From NCBI GenBank assembly GCA_964388715.1, contig CAYMBN010000001.1, positions 12,962-76,961 of the forward strand: 64,000 nt of DNA, given 5' to 3'. The notes below the pieces were generated by a model, which had not been told where the DNA came from, made no database searches, and worked only from the letters and a program-made list of their open reading frames with translations. The stretch comes from an uncultured Methanosarcinales archaeon (GTDB lineage: Archaea > Nanobdellota > Nanobdellia > Woesearchaeales > CAYMBN01). Positions 1-8,066 of this stretch are shown here, piece by piece. How positions within the stretch are numbered: position 1 is the stretch's first letter; each line of letters begins with the position of its first letter. The translations under genes were made by a program, and so were the position numbers.

Positions 1-274
1 GCACTGGATGTACAATAAGCATCTTTTTCTTATTTTTATCTTTGATTTCAACTTTGTAACTTCTTCCTGATTTTCCTTTTATAATTCCGATTTTACCATG
101 GAACCTCATATGATACATACCTTTTTGAACAGCAGGTTCTGCTTTAAGGCATACTTTAGTTCCTTGTTCAAGTTCTTGTATATATTGACTAATACTAAGT
201 TTTCCTTTTCTCTTAATGTGTTTAGTTAGTTTATGTCTTGATTTTCTTCTAGGTCCGCCTATTCTCTTTGCCAT
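1..274 (-). CDS. rpl21e: 50S ribosomal protein L21e (about 91 N-terminal codons; the 3' end runs off the window start)
   Basis: Reverse-strand ATG at 272-274 translates to MAKRIGGPRRKSRHKLTKHIKRKGKLSISQYIQELEQGTKVCLKAEPAVQKGMYHMRFHGKIGIIKGKSGRSYKVEIKDKNKK.... This has the L21e signature (MAKR..G.R.K.RH..., H.RFHGK.G). It is absent from the ORF track because it is truncated by the window edge. L21e is an archaeal/eukaryotic protein. Confidence 0.8.
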   Translation of the reverse strand, partial: MAKRIGGPRRKSRHKLTKHIKRKGKLSISQYIQELEQGTKVCLKAEPAVQKGMYHMRFHGKIGIIKGKSGRSYKVEIKDKNKKKMLIVHPV

Positions 275-719
275 TTCGTTTCACACCCTCTATATCTTTA
301 TCTACTTAAAACTTAATATTATGGTATAAAAAGGTTTCTATTTAAAAACTTTTGGAAATTTTTATAGGATTTTCAAAAGGTTTAAAATCTCGGTTTTAAA
401 AGGTTTTGTAGAAAAAAAATTAAAAAAATTAATTTAAAATAATTTCCAAAACAAAAACCAAAAGATTTATATACTATTGTAGTATCCTAATAGTAGTGAA
501 TTTAAAATGCAAAAAATGGTTGTTTTCACAAACGGAAAGAGTAAATGTGATTTAATTAGTTGCGCAACCACAAATTCTAGAGATGCATTCCATAGCTAGC
601 TGCTGCTAGCCCTATAACCTAAATCCAATTCTAAATGAATCTTTTTCGTCGAGAAAAGACTGTTTTGTTCTCCTTTTGTCGTCGAGAAAATGAACTTTTA
701 CACTTAGTGTAAACTCTAT

Positions 720-792
720 GGTCATGGTAGTGTAATGGTTAGCACGTCAGGTTGTGGACCTGGAGGAGTGGGTTCGACTCCCACCCATGACC
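720..792 (+). tRNA. tRNA-His (anticodon GTG) with a genomically encoded G-1 and no encoded CCA
   Basis: The cloverleaf folds by hand: G-1 at 720, acceptor stem GTCATGG/CCATGAC, D-stem GTGT/GCAC, anticodon stem TCAGG/CCTGG with loop TTGTGGA (GTG at 34-36), variable loop AGGA, T-stem GTGGG/CCCAC with TTCGACT loop, and discriminator C73 pairing with G-1. The next bases, TTCAAAA, carry no CCA. Confidence 0.85.
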
Positions 793-814
793 TTCAAAAA
801 AAGAAGGAAAAAAG

Positions 815-1339
815 ATGACGGAGGAAAAAATGAAAATAGTTGAAAATAAACCAAGGATGAATGATCCAAGACCAATTGAAGATGTTGTCAAGGAAAGAGG
901 ACTTTATAGGATACTTTATCTAGAAAGTGATCCTTATGTTAAAGGTTACATAGAAGATTTTATAGCAATGAGACAAAAACTTCAATCCGCAGCAGACGAG
1001 ATTAATGCTAAACTAGATATTGTTCCATATGATAAATGGGAATCAGTTGCAGGTTGTTATCCCCCAGAGACAAGACTAAGACGAGTTTTAGGTGAAGAAG
1101 AATATAGTTTTGTAGTTGTAAGTCAAACTTTGCTAAATAATAATTCCAGACCTGCACCATATCAATTAGCTTCAGTTTTGATTGGACTTTTCAATTTAGT
1201 AGGGGATAAAGTTTATTTTATGGTAAGTTCCTCACAAAATGAACAAAAATTAGGTTATATTAAAGAAAAAATCCTTGATGGTTTTAAGGAACAAAAAGCA
1301 ATAGACAAATATGATCTCACAGACTTACTTGTAAAATAA
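815..1339 (+). CDS. hypothetical protein (174 aa)
   Basis: A long ORF immediately downstream of tRNA-His, followed by a T-tract at 1341-1356. No motif recognised. Confidence 0.5.
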   Translation: MTEEKMKIVENKPRMNDPRPIEDVVKERGLYRILYLESDPYVKGYIEDFIAMRQKLQSAADEINAKLDIVPYDKWESVAGCYPPETRLRRVLGEEEYSFVVVSQTLLNNNSRPAPYQLASVLIGLFNLVGDKVYFMVSSSQNEQKLGYIKEKILDGFKEQKAIDKYDLTDLLVK

Positions 1340-1340
1340 T

Positions 1341-1356
1341 TTTTTTATTTTTTTTA
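1341..1356 (+). terminator. oligo-T tract (archaeal-type terminator) after the 815..1339 gene
   Basis: TTTTTTATTTTTTTTA lies directly after the stop codon. Confidence 0.4.
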
Positions 1357-1602
1357 TCTCAAAAAAAGAAAACGTTTGGATAAAGGAGGAAAAACAAAAT
1401 GAAAAAAATGAATTTAGAGGAGAAATGCACTGATGGTGCTGGTTGTATTCATACCAGAGAGACCAACACAAAAATATTTGGATGAGTATTTGAGAGTTTC
1501 AAGACTTTACCGGGAGGGTAAGGTTTCTGAAGATGACCTCAAAAAAGCAGAACAAGAATATCAACAAGTTGTTGAAGCATATAAATGGAGGAGTGGTTAA
1601 AA

Positions 1603-3129
1603 ATGAAATTTGGAAAAGAAGATTTGTCAGTTAAAGATGTTGAAAAGATTGCAAGATCTGAAGAGAAGATTGAACTTTCAGAAGAAAGTAAACAGAGAAT
1701 GCAGAAGAGTAGGGACTTTGTTGAAAAGATGTTTAGGGAAAAACGTCCAGCATATGGTACAACAACAGGTATTGGCGAATTAGCAAATGTTTTTTTAACA
1801 CCAGAGCAAGCTAGAAAGTTTTCAAAATATCTTATCTATAGTCACTCTGGAGGTTATGGTAAACCAGTAAGTAAGGAAAATGTTAGAGCAGCTATAGCTA
1901 CTAGATTGAATGTACTTTGTAAAGGTGTGTCTGGAGTTAGAGTTGAAGTTGTTGAGTTTATTACTGAAATGTTGAATCGTGGAGTAACTCCAATAATGTA
2001 CCCTGCTTCAGTGGGTGCATGTGGTGACCTAGCACCTTTAGCACAAGCAATGTTAGTTCCATTAGGAGAAGGTGAAGCATTTTACAAAGGTAAAAGATTG
2101 TCAGGTAAGGAAGCTTTGAAAAGAGCTGGCTTAGAACCAATCACTTATGAAATTAGAGATGGTTTAGCTGTGATAAATGGTTCACAACTTATTGTTGGGA
2201 TGGGTGCACTAGAAGTAAAAGACACAGATGTTTTAACGAAGACATCTGAGATAGTAGCTGCACTTACTTTTGAAGCACTTAAAGCAGTAACAATGGCATT
2301 TACTGATGAAATTTTGCGCTTAAGAGGTTTTGTTGGTGGAATTAAGTGTGCAAGTAATATTAGAAGATTAATTGAAGGTTCAACTATTCTAGGAAAACAA
2401 GAAAGAGTGCAAGATGCTTATAGTATTCGTTCAACACCCCAAGTGGTTGGTACTATAAAAGATTGTCTTGATTTTGTTAGAAAACAGGTTGAGATAGAAC
2501 TTAATGGTGCAGCAGATAATCCTTTGTTTGTTCCTGAAGGTGATGATGGAAGGTATCTTGCAGGTGCAAATTTCCAAGGTACTCCTGTTGCATTACCATT
2601 AGAACTTTTGGGAATGGGTGCAACAACAATCTCAGTAATTTCAGAAAGAAGATTAAATCGGTTGGTTAATCCAAATTTGAATATTGGATTACCTGGATTT
2701 TTGATTGAAGGAGCAGGATTATACTCTGGCATAATGATTCCTCAATACACTGCAGCATCATTAGTTTGTCAGAACAGAGTGCTTTGTACACCCGCAGCTA
2801 TTGGTTCAATACCTACTGCAGCTGATCAGGAAGATTTTGTTAGTATGGGTACAAACACTGCAATAAAAACAAGAGAAATAATTGACAATAGTTTTGCAGT
2901 AGTTGCAATTGAATTGTTAGCAGCAGTACAAGCAGTTGACTTAAGAATTAAGAAGGAATCTGGGCAGTTAGGAAAAGGAACACAAGTTGCATATAATGTC
3001 GTTAGGAAATATGTGAAGTTCCTGGATGAAGATAGACCTTTGTATCCTGACATTGAAAGATTAGTTAAAGTTGTTAAAAGTGGAGAATTGTTGAAAGCTG
3101 TTGAAGAGGTGATTGGAGAACTGGAATAA
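1603..3129 (+). CDS. hutH: MIO-dependent ammonia-lyase of the histidine/phenylalanine ammonia-lyase family (HAL-like); MIO triad Ala-Cys-Gly
   Basis: Matches HAL blocks: GTTTGIGE, VSGVR, the MIO region SVGACGDLAPLAQAMLVPLGEGEA (canonical is GSVGASGDLAPLAH), NGSQ, SIRSTPQV, ADNPLF and TAADQEDFVSMG (HAL: SANQEDHVSMA). True start ATG 1603 is preceded by GGAGG at 1588-1592. The track start at 1585 is an in-frame upstream ATG lying on the SD. Confidence 0.8.
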   Translation: MKFGKEDLSVKDVEKIARSEEKIELSEESKQRMQKSRDFVEKMFREKRPAYGTTTGIGELANVFLTPEQARKFSKYLIYSHSGGYGKPVSKENVRAAIATRLNVLCKGVSGVRVEVVEFITEMLNRGVTPIMYPASVGACGDLAPLAQAMLVPLGEGEAFYKGKRLSGKEALKRAGLEPITYEIRDGLAVINGSQLIVGMGALEVKDTDVLTKTSEIVAALTFEALKAVTMAFTDEILRLRGFVGGIKCASNIRRLIEGSTILGKQERVQDAYSIRSTPQVVGTIKDCLDFVRKQVEIELNGAADNPLFVPEGDDGRYLAGANFQGTPVALPLELLGMGATTISVISERRLNRLVNPNLNIGLPGFLIEGAGLYSGIMIPQYTAASLVCQNRVLCTPAAIGSIPTAADQEDFVSMGTNTAIKTREIIDNSFAVVAIELLAAVQAVDLRIKKESGQLGKGTQVAYNVVRKYVKFLDEDRPLYPDIERLVKVVKSGELLKAVEEVIGELE

Positions 3130-3175
3130 GTTTTTTCAAAAGGTTTATATAGATTGAGGTATAAAAATACATAGA

Positions 3176-4459
3176 ATGAAACTATCAACTGCAAAAGGAA
3201 CTCGGGATTTTGCGCCTGAAGAGAAAATCATCAGGCAAGAAGTAGTGGGAACTTTCAAAAGAATCTTTGAAATTTATGGATATAATCCTTTAGAAACTCC
3301 ACTTATTGAACGTTATGATACATTAGGTGCTAAATTTGCAGCTGGTGATGCATCTGATGCTCTGCGCGAAACTTTTAAATTAACTGATCAAGGTAAACGT
3401 GAGTTAGGGTTAAGGTTTGATCTTACTGTTCCTTTTTGTCGTTTTGTTGGTATGAATTCTAATATGAAAATGCCGTTTAAGAGATATCAAATGGGGCCTG
3501 TTTTTAGAGATGGTCCAATTAAACTTGGAAGGTATAGGCAGTTTGATCAGTGTGATGTTGATATAGTTGGATCAAGTAATCCTTTGTCTGATGCAGAAAT
3601 TTTAATGGTTGTTGATTCTTTTTTTAAAGCATTAGGAATGCCTGTTTTAATTGAAGTTAATAATAGGAAAATCCTGAATACAATTCTTGATTATGCAGGA
3701 GTTGAAGAACAAAAACGTTTTGAAGCGATGATTTCAATTGATAAATTAAAAAAGATTGGTGAAAAAGAAGTTAAAAAAGAATTGAAACAAAGAGGACTTA
3801 AAGATGGACAAATTAAAAAAATTATAAAATGTTTTGTTAAAGCTAAAAATAATAAAGCAACATTGGCTGGATTGAAAAAAATTATTAAATGTGAAGATGG
3901 TTTAAAGCAAGTTGAAGAGATTCTTGGTTATCTTTCTGTTGCTGGTGTTAAAGATGTTGTTTTTGAGCCAACTTTGGCTCGTGGTTTGGCTTATTATACT
4001 GGACCAATATTTGAGGTTTTTTTGAAAAAGTCTGAAATTAAAAGTTCTGTTGCTGGTGGTGGCAGGTATGATAAGATGATTGGTCAGTATTTGGGAACTA
4101 ATAAACAATTTCCTGCAACAGGAATATCTTTTGGAGTGGATGTTATTTGTGAGGCACTTAAGTTGAAGAGGAAGATGGTTAAAAAGTCTGTTGCAGATGT
4201 TTTTGTTATTCCAATTGGAACTTTAAAAGAAAGTTTAAAGATTGCGCAGGAGTTAAGGAGTAAAGGTATTAAGGTGGACATGGATATTGTTGGAAAAGGG
4301 ATTAGTAAGAATCTGAATTATGCAAATAGTTTGAATATTCCTTATGTAATATTTGTTGGTGAAGATGAAGTTAAGAAGAAGAAAGTTAAATTGAAGAATA
4401 TGCAGAGTGGTAAAGAGAAATTATTAGCTGTTTCTGGTGTTATTAAAGAGCTGAAATGA
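3176..4459 (+). CDS. hisS: histidyl-tRNA synthetase
   Basis: Class II HisRS motifs: KGTRDFAPEE, RFDLTVPFCRFV, GGGRYD, GISFGVD, plus a C-terminal anticodon-binding-like region. Full length, 427 aa. Confidence 0.9.
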   Translation: MKLSTAKGTRDFAPEEKIIRQEVVGTFKRIFEIYGYNPLETPLIERYDTLGAKFAAGDASDALRETFKLTDQGKRELGLRFDLTVPFCRFVGMNSNMKMPFKRYQMGPVFRDGPIKLGRYRQFDQCDVDIVGSSNPLSDAEILMVVDSFFKALGMPVLIEVNNRKILNTILDYAGVEEQKRFEAMISIDKLKKIGEKEVKKELKQRGLKDGQIKKIIKCFVKAKNNKATLAGLKKIIKCEDGLKQVEEILGYLSVAGVKDVVFEPTLARGLAYYTGPIFEVFLKKSEIKSSVAGGGRYDKMIGQYLGTNKQFPATGISFGVDVICEALKLKRKMVKKSVADVFVIPIGTLKESLKIAQELRSKGIKVDMDIVGKGISKNLNYANSLNIPYVIFVGEDEVKKKKVKLKNMQSGKEKLLAVSGVIKELK

Positions 4460-4549
4460 CTACTTTTTGGTGAGTTTGAAATTTCTTTGTTTTTCCGAAA
4501 ACTTTAAATAAGATAAGCTCATACTTTATATGATAGTGTCATATAATGT

Positions 4550-5566
4550 ATGATATTTAGCAAAAATGAGGTGTGTGAAGTGATTTTTGTTGATGAACAG
4601 GAACTTGAACAGGATATTACAAGTATGATTCTTGATAAGAAATATGAAGATGCTCATCGCTTATTAATGTTACACATTGATCATCCTATTTCTCTTAGAT
4701 ATCTTAAAAAAATTGAAAATGATTTAAGAAGGAGGATTAAAGGACGGGATGATAATATGACTAGTATTTGGAGCAAATATCTTTGGAAAATAGTTGGTAA
4801 AATAGCTGTTTTAGAATGGAAAAATAATAATCATGAGGTGATTAAATTGAAAAAAAATAAAAGAGAATTAGAAGAGGTTGTTTTTGACCCTACTAGTAAA
4901 GATTCTATTGATGGTAGATTTTTTGGGTATCAGCTTGGTGTAAGACTTAATGAAATTGTGAATAATACTGTCTATTTAGATAGTTCTGATGTCATAAATG
5001 GAACTATTCCAAAGAATCTCAGAAGTTTGACAGAGAGAAGTATGAATTATGTGCTTGTACATGTTAAACCTTTGTCTGATGCTCCGGATTCTGAAAGTGA
5101 TTTTTTAGAAGAAAATGGAGAAGTGCCGAGGTTTCAATATTCTGTTAAAGGAAAAGAAGGAATTGCATATTCTTTTTCAGATATAACAAGTGTTATCTCA
5201 AAAGCTCAATCTTTTAATCCTACACAAGACATTATTGTTTATGTTGAACATGCTGAAAGACTTTTGAGTAATAGGTATCACTATGATCATTTCAAAAGAT
5301 TAGCAAGTAATGGTTGTGCTGATTATGGTGTAATACTTGACTTTAAAGAAAGGTTTGATGATGCGGGTGTAAGACCGCAGGATTATAAATTTAAACTAAA
5401 AGAACATCCAAGGCCAGAAATGACAGATGCAGAAGCTCAGGAGTATATGTCAGAGAGAGCTGAATTAGCTGTAAGAGAAATGGTGCCAGAACCTGTTCCT
5501 GTTGGTGAACCTGTTGGAACAACTATTCAGCGACCTAGAAAGGTTGTTCATAAAAGAGCACAATAA
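4550..5566 (+). CDS. hypothetical protein (338 aa)
   Basis: A long ORF with no recognisable motif, followed by T-tract 5567-5582. Confidence 0.5.
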   Translation: MIFSKNEVCEVIFVDEQELEQDITSMILDKKYEDAHRLLMLHIDHPISLRYLKKIENDLRRRIKGRDDNMTSIWSKYLWKIVGKIAVLEWKNNNHEVIKLKKNKRELEEVVFDPTSKDSIDGRFFGYQLGVRLNEIVNNTVYLDSSDVINGTIPKNLRSLTERSMNYVLVHVKPLSDAPDSESDFLEENGEVPRFQYSVKGKEGIAYSFSDITSVISKAQSFNPTQDIIVYVEHAERLLSNRYHYDHFKRLASNGCADYGVILDFKERFDDAGVRPQDYKFKLKEHPRPEMTDAEAQEYMSERAELAVREMVPEPVPVGEPVGTTIQRPRKVVHKRAQ

Positions 5567-5593
5567 TTTTTTATTTTTTTTGTTGAGAAAAAA

Positions 5594-6202
5594 TTAGAAT
5601 TCTCGGTAAGCAGTTGCCCATCCTTCTTTTAGTAAATTTGGGTTAGTAATGTTTTTAAGTCTACTTTTTTTAATGTTTTTATTACATTCCTTAGTTTCTC
5701 CCCAATCAAGTGGATCTCCTGTTAAGTCATCACATAACCATACAATGTAATTATTAAATCTGTTAAATCTTCCAAAAAATGGAGCAAATGTTGAAATTAA
5801 TTCATGTCCAACTGCAGACCAAAATCCTTTTTTTCGGAAAACTTGTTTAATAGTTCTAAGGTATTTGATTGTTGCTGTGTATTCATCTAATCTTTCATCA
5901 AGTGGTACTGTTATTTCTGCTTTGCATCTTTCAATCTTTTCTTTGTGATTTGCGATTACCATGTCTTCAAGAAGAACTAAACTTGCTGCTCTTCCATCAT
6001 AAGATGCTGTTCTCATCAAAAGATCATGGTCAGTCATTGTAACTTGTAAAACATCTTCTGCAAGAAACTTTGCTCTTGCTTCTGGATCTGTTTCTGGAAG
6101 ACCATGTGCTTCATATAGTTTTCTTAGAGGTTCATAATCTTTTGCTTGAGATACATACTTACCCCTTTCTAGTTTTGACCACATTTTAACCTTAGAAAGC
6201 AA
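5594..6202 (-). CDS. hypothetical protein (202 aa)
   Basis: ORF convergent with the previous gene. No family recognised. Confidence 0.5.
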   Translation of the reverse strand: MLSKVKMWSKLERGKYVSQAKDYEPLRKLYEAHGLPETDPEARAKFLAEDVLQVTMTDHDLLMRTASYDGRAASLVLLEDMVIANHKEKIERCKAEITVPLDERLDEYTATIKYLRTIKQVFRKKGFWSAVGHELISTFAPFFGRFNRFNNYIVWLCDDLTGDPLDWGETKECNKNIKKSRLKNITNPNLLKEGWATAYREF

Positions 6203-6274
6203 GGTTTATTTTTAAAGTTTTATGGTTTCGAGGATATAAAAACCCAAAGATTTTTAAACTATGTTGACTATTTT

Positions 6275-6940
6275 TTGTGTATGAAAAAAGCTATCATTAC
6301 TGGGGGAAGTAGTGGACTGGGTTTTGAAGTTGTTTCTAAATTAATTGAGAAAGGAGTAAAAGTAGTTAACTTATCAAGAACACCTTGTAAACTTGATGTT
6401 GTTAATATTAAAGTTGATCTTAATAAGAACAAAGATATTGAGAAAGCTATTGAATTAACTAAAAAAGAACATAAGGATGTTGATGTTTTGATATTGTGTG
6501 CAGGTGTTCTTCACTGGCATAGTGTTAACAAGAATATTACTGATGAAATTGATAGTGATTTTGCTGTAAATGTAACTGGAACAATGAAGATTGTTAGTGG
6601 TTTGATTGATCTGATTAAGAAAAATAAAGGTGATATTGTTATTGTTGGATCAACAAGTTCATTTGTTAGTTATGGAGATGATTCTGTTTATGTTGCTGCA
6701 AAACATGCTGTGCTTGGTTTTATAAAATCTTTACAAAAAGAGTATAAAAAAGAAGATGTTAGGATAATTGGATTTCATCCTGGTGGTTTTAGGTCCCAGT
6801 TACATGTTAAAGCTGGTTCTGGTCTTGATCCAAAAGACTTGATGGATCCAAAAGATTTGGCTGGACTGATTGTGTATACTCTAGAATTGCCAAGGAATAT
6901 GGAAGTTTCAGAGATAATTGTAAATAGGAAGAAAAAATGA
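6275..6940 (+). CDS. short-chain dehydrogenase/reductase (SDR) family oxidoreductase
   Basis: N-terminal TGGSSGLG Rossmann motif, the NAG-equivalent VIVGSTSS, and the catalytic YVAAKHAV (YxxxK). The likely start is the second ATG (MKKAIITGG). Confidence 0.8.
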   Translation: MCMKKAIITGGSSGLGFEVVSKLIEKGVKVVNLSRTPCKLDVVNIKVDLNKNKDIEKAIELTKKEHKDVDVLILCAGVLHWHSVNKNITDEIDSDFAVNVTGTMKIVSGLIDLIKKNKGDIVIVGSTSSFVSYGDDSVYVAAKHAVLGFIKSLQKEYKKEDVRIIGFHPGGFRSQLHVKAGSGLDPKDLMDPKDLAGLIVYTLELPRNMEVSEIIVNRKKK

Positions 6941-7191
6941 ATGTGATTGAAGTAACAGGTTATGCTGCGATGATTGTTATGGCTATTTCTCTTACTCCGC
7001 AGGTTATTAAGTCGTGGAGAACTAAGTCAACAAAAGATATTTCTCTTCTTTGGAATTCACTTTATCTTTTTGGATTGTTTCTTTGGTTAATATATGCTGT
7101 TGGAATTAAAGCAATACCACTTGCAGGAGCGTCTATATTAGAATCAATATTAGCGATTTCTTTGATAGTGTTGAAGTTGATGTATGGTTAG
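6937..7191 (+). CDS. SemiSWEET / PQ-loop small membrane transporter
   Basis: 84 aa with 3 predicted TM helices and a PQ motif (LTPQVIKSWRTKST) in TM1. It overlaps the SDR stop by 4 nt (ATGA). Confidence 0.6.
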   Translation: MNVIEVTGYAAMIVMAISLTPQVIKSWRTKSTKDISLLWNSLYLFGLFLWLIYAVGIKAIPLAGASILESILAISLIVLKLMYG

Positions 7192-7233
7192 AAGATATAA
7201 ATATTTATAAGTAATTCTTAATTTTGGATTTTT

Positions 7234-7821
7234 ATGAGGCAAATAGTATTATCTGGAACATCTCATGCAGGGAAAACTGATCTATTCAATACTTTTGTTG
7301 CAAAAGGTTTTAATACAGTAGAAGAATCAGAAACATCAATTGTACAATGGTTAAAGAATAGATATGGTGCAGAAGCAGCTGGAGAATGGATATTAGCAAA
7401 TTATTTTGAATTTAAAAGTAGGGTTGCAAAAAGACAAGCTAGATTAGAATCAAAGATTGTTGCTGCAGATAATGAAATTGTTATTTATGATAGATCTGCA
7501 ATATGTTGGATTGCTTATTGTAATTTAAGAAACATTCCTGTACCACCTTTGTTAGAAGAACTAGCAAGTCAGTATAAGTTTGAACATGTGTTCTTTTGTG
7601 AAATGTTGCCTAATTTTAATGAGAGAAGAGAAGAAGGTAGAGTAATGAAAGTGGAAGAAGCTATTAAACTCCAAGGGTTAATTGATTATGAGTACAGAAA
7701 AAGAGGTTATGATCCATTTTATCTTCCTAATATATATTCTGACAGAAAACAAAATAATCAGGCTAGATTAGAATGGATTGAAAAAGTTATAAGTTCAAAT
7801 AAATATGTTAGAACTTGGTAA
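7234..7821 (+). CDS. P-loop NTPase / kinase-like protein
   Basis: Walker A motif GTSHAGKT at the N-terminus and a Walker B-like IVIYDRS; about 195 aa. The family is uncertain (NadR/AAA_28-like). Confidence 0.5.
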   Translation: MRQIVLSGTSHAGKTDLFNTFVAKGFNTVEESETSIVQWLKNRYGAEAAGEWILANYFEFKSRVAKRQARLESKIVAADNEIVIYDRSAICWIAYCNLRNIPVPPLLEELASQYKFEHVFFCEMLPNFNERREEGRVMKVEEAIKLQGLIDYEYRKRGYDPFYLPNIYSDRKQNNQARLEWIEKVISSNKYVRTW

Positions 7822-7915
7822 ATTTACCTAAGAGTTTATAAAGAAAGCTGCTTTATCACTTAATATGGGAAATATTTGCTCTATTTTTTGAATATAATGT
7901 TTTCTTACTTGAAAA

Positions 7916-8035
7916 ATGGTCGACTATAAAATAATTAAATTTTGTAAATGGTGCAAGGCAAGGTTTGTAGTACAGAAAGGAGAATCTAGAAGATATCTTT
8001 GTGATAAATGTGAAAAACAACAAAAAAAACAATAA
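7916..8035 (+). CDS. possible small zinc-ribbon protein (39 aa)
   Basis: Unlisted ORF MVDYKIIKFCKWCKARFVVQKGESRRYLCDKCEKQQKKQ with CxxC-x17-CxxC. No SD. It could be spurious. Confidence 0.25.
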   Translation: MVDYKIIKFCKWCKARFVVQKGESRRYLCDKCEKQQKKQ

Positions 8036-8066
8036 GTTTAATAATTGAACCAAAAATCTTCTTACT

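Noticed and set aside
1585-1602. Track start codon of the 514-aa ORF (MEEWLKMKFG...)
   Set aside because: The GGAGG Shine-Dalgarno sits at 1588-1592, inside these codons. ATG 1603 (MKFGKEDL) has the proper spacing and matches HAL N-termini better.
7856-8053. Minus-strand 65-aa ORF (MVQLLNLLFFLLFF...)
   Set aside because: Phe/Leu low-complexity translation of an A-rich plus strand. It overlaps the more plausible plus-strand zinc-ribbon mini-ORF and has no start context.
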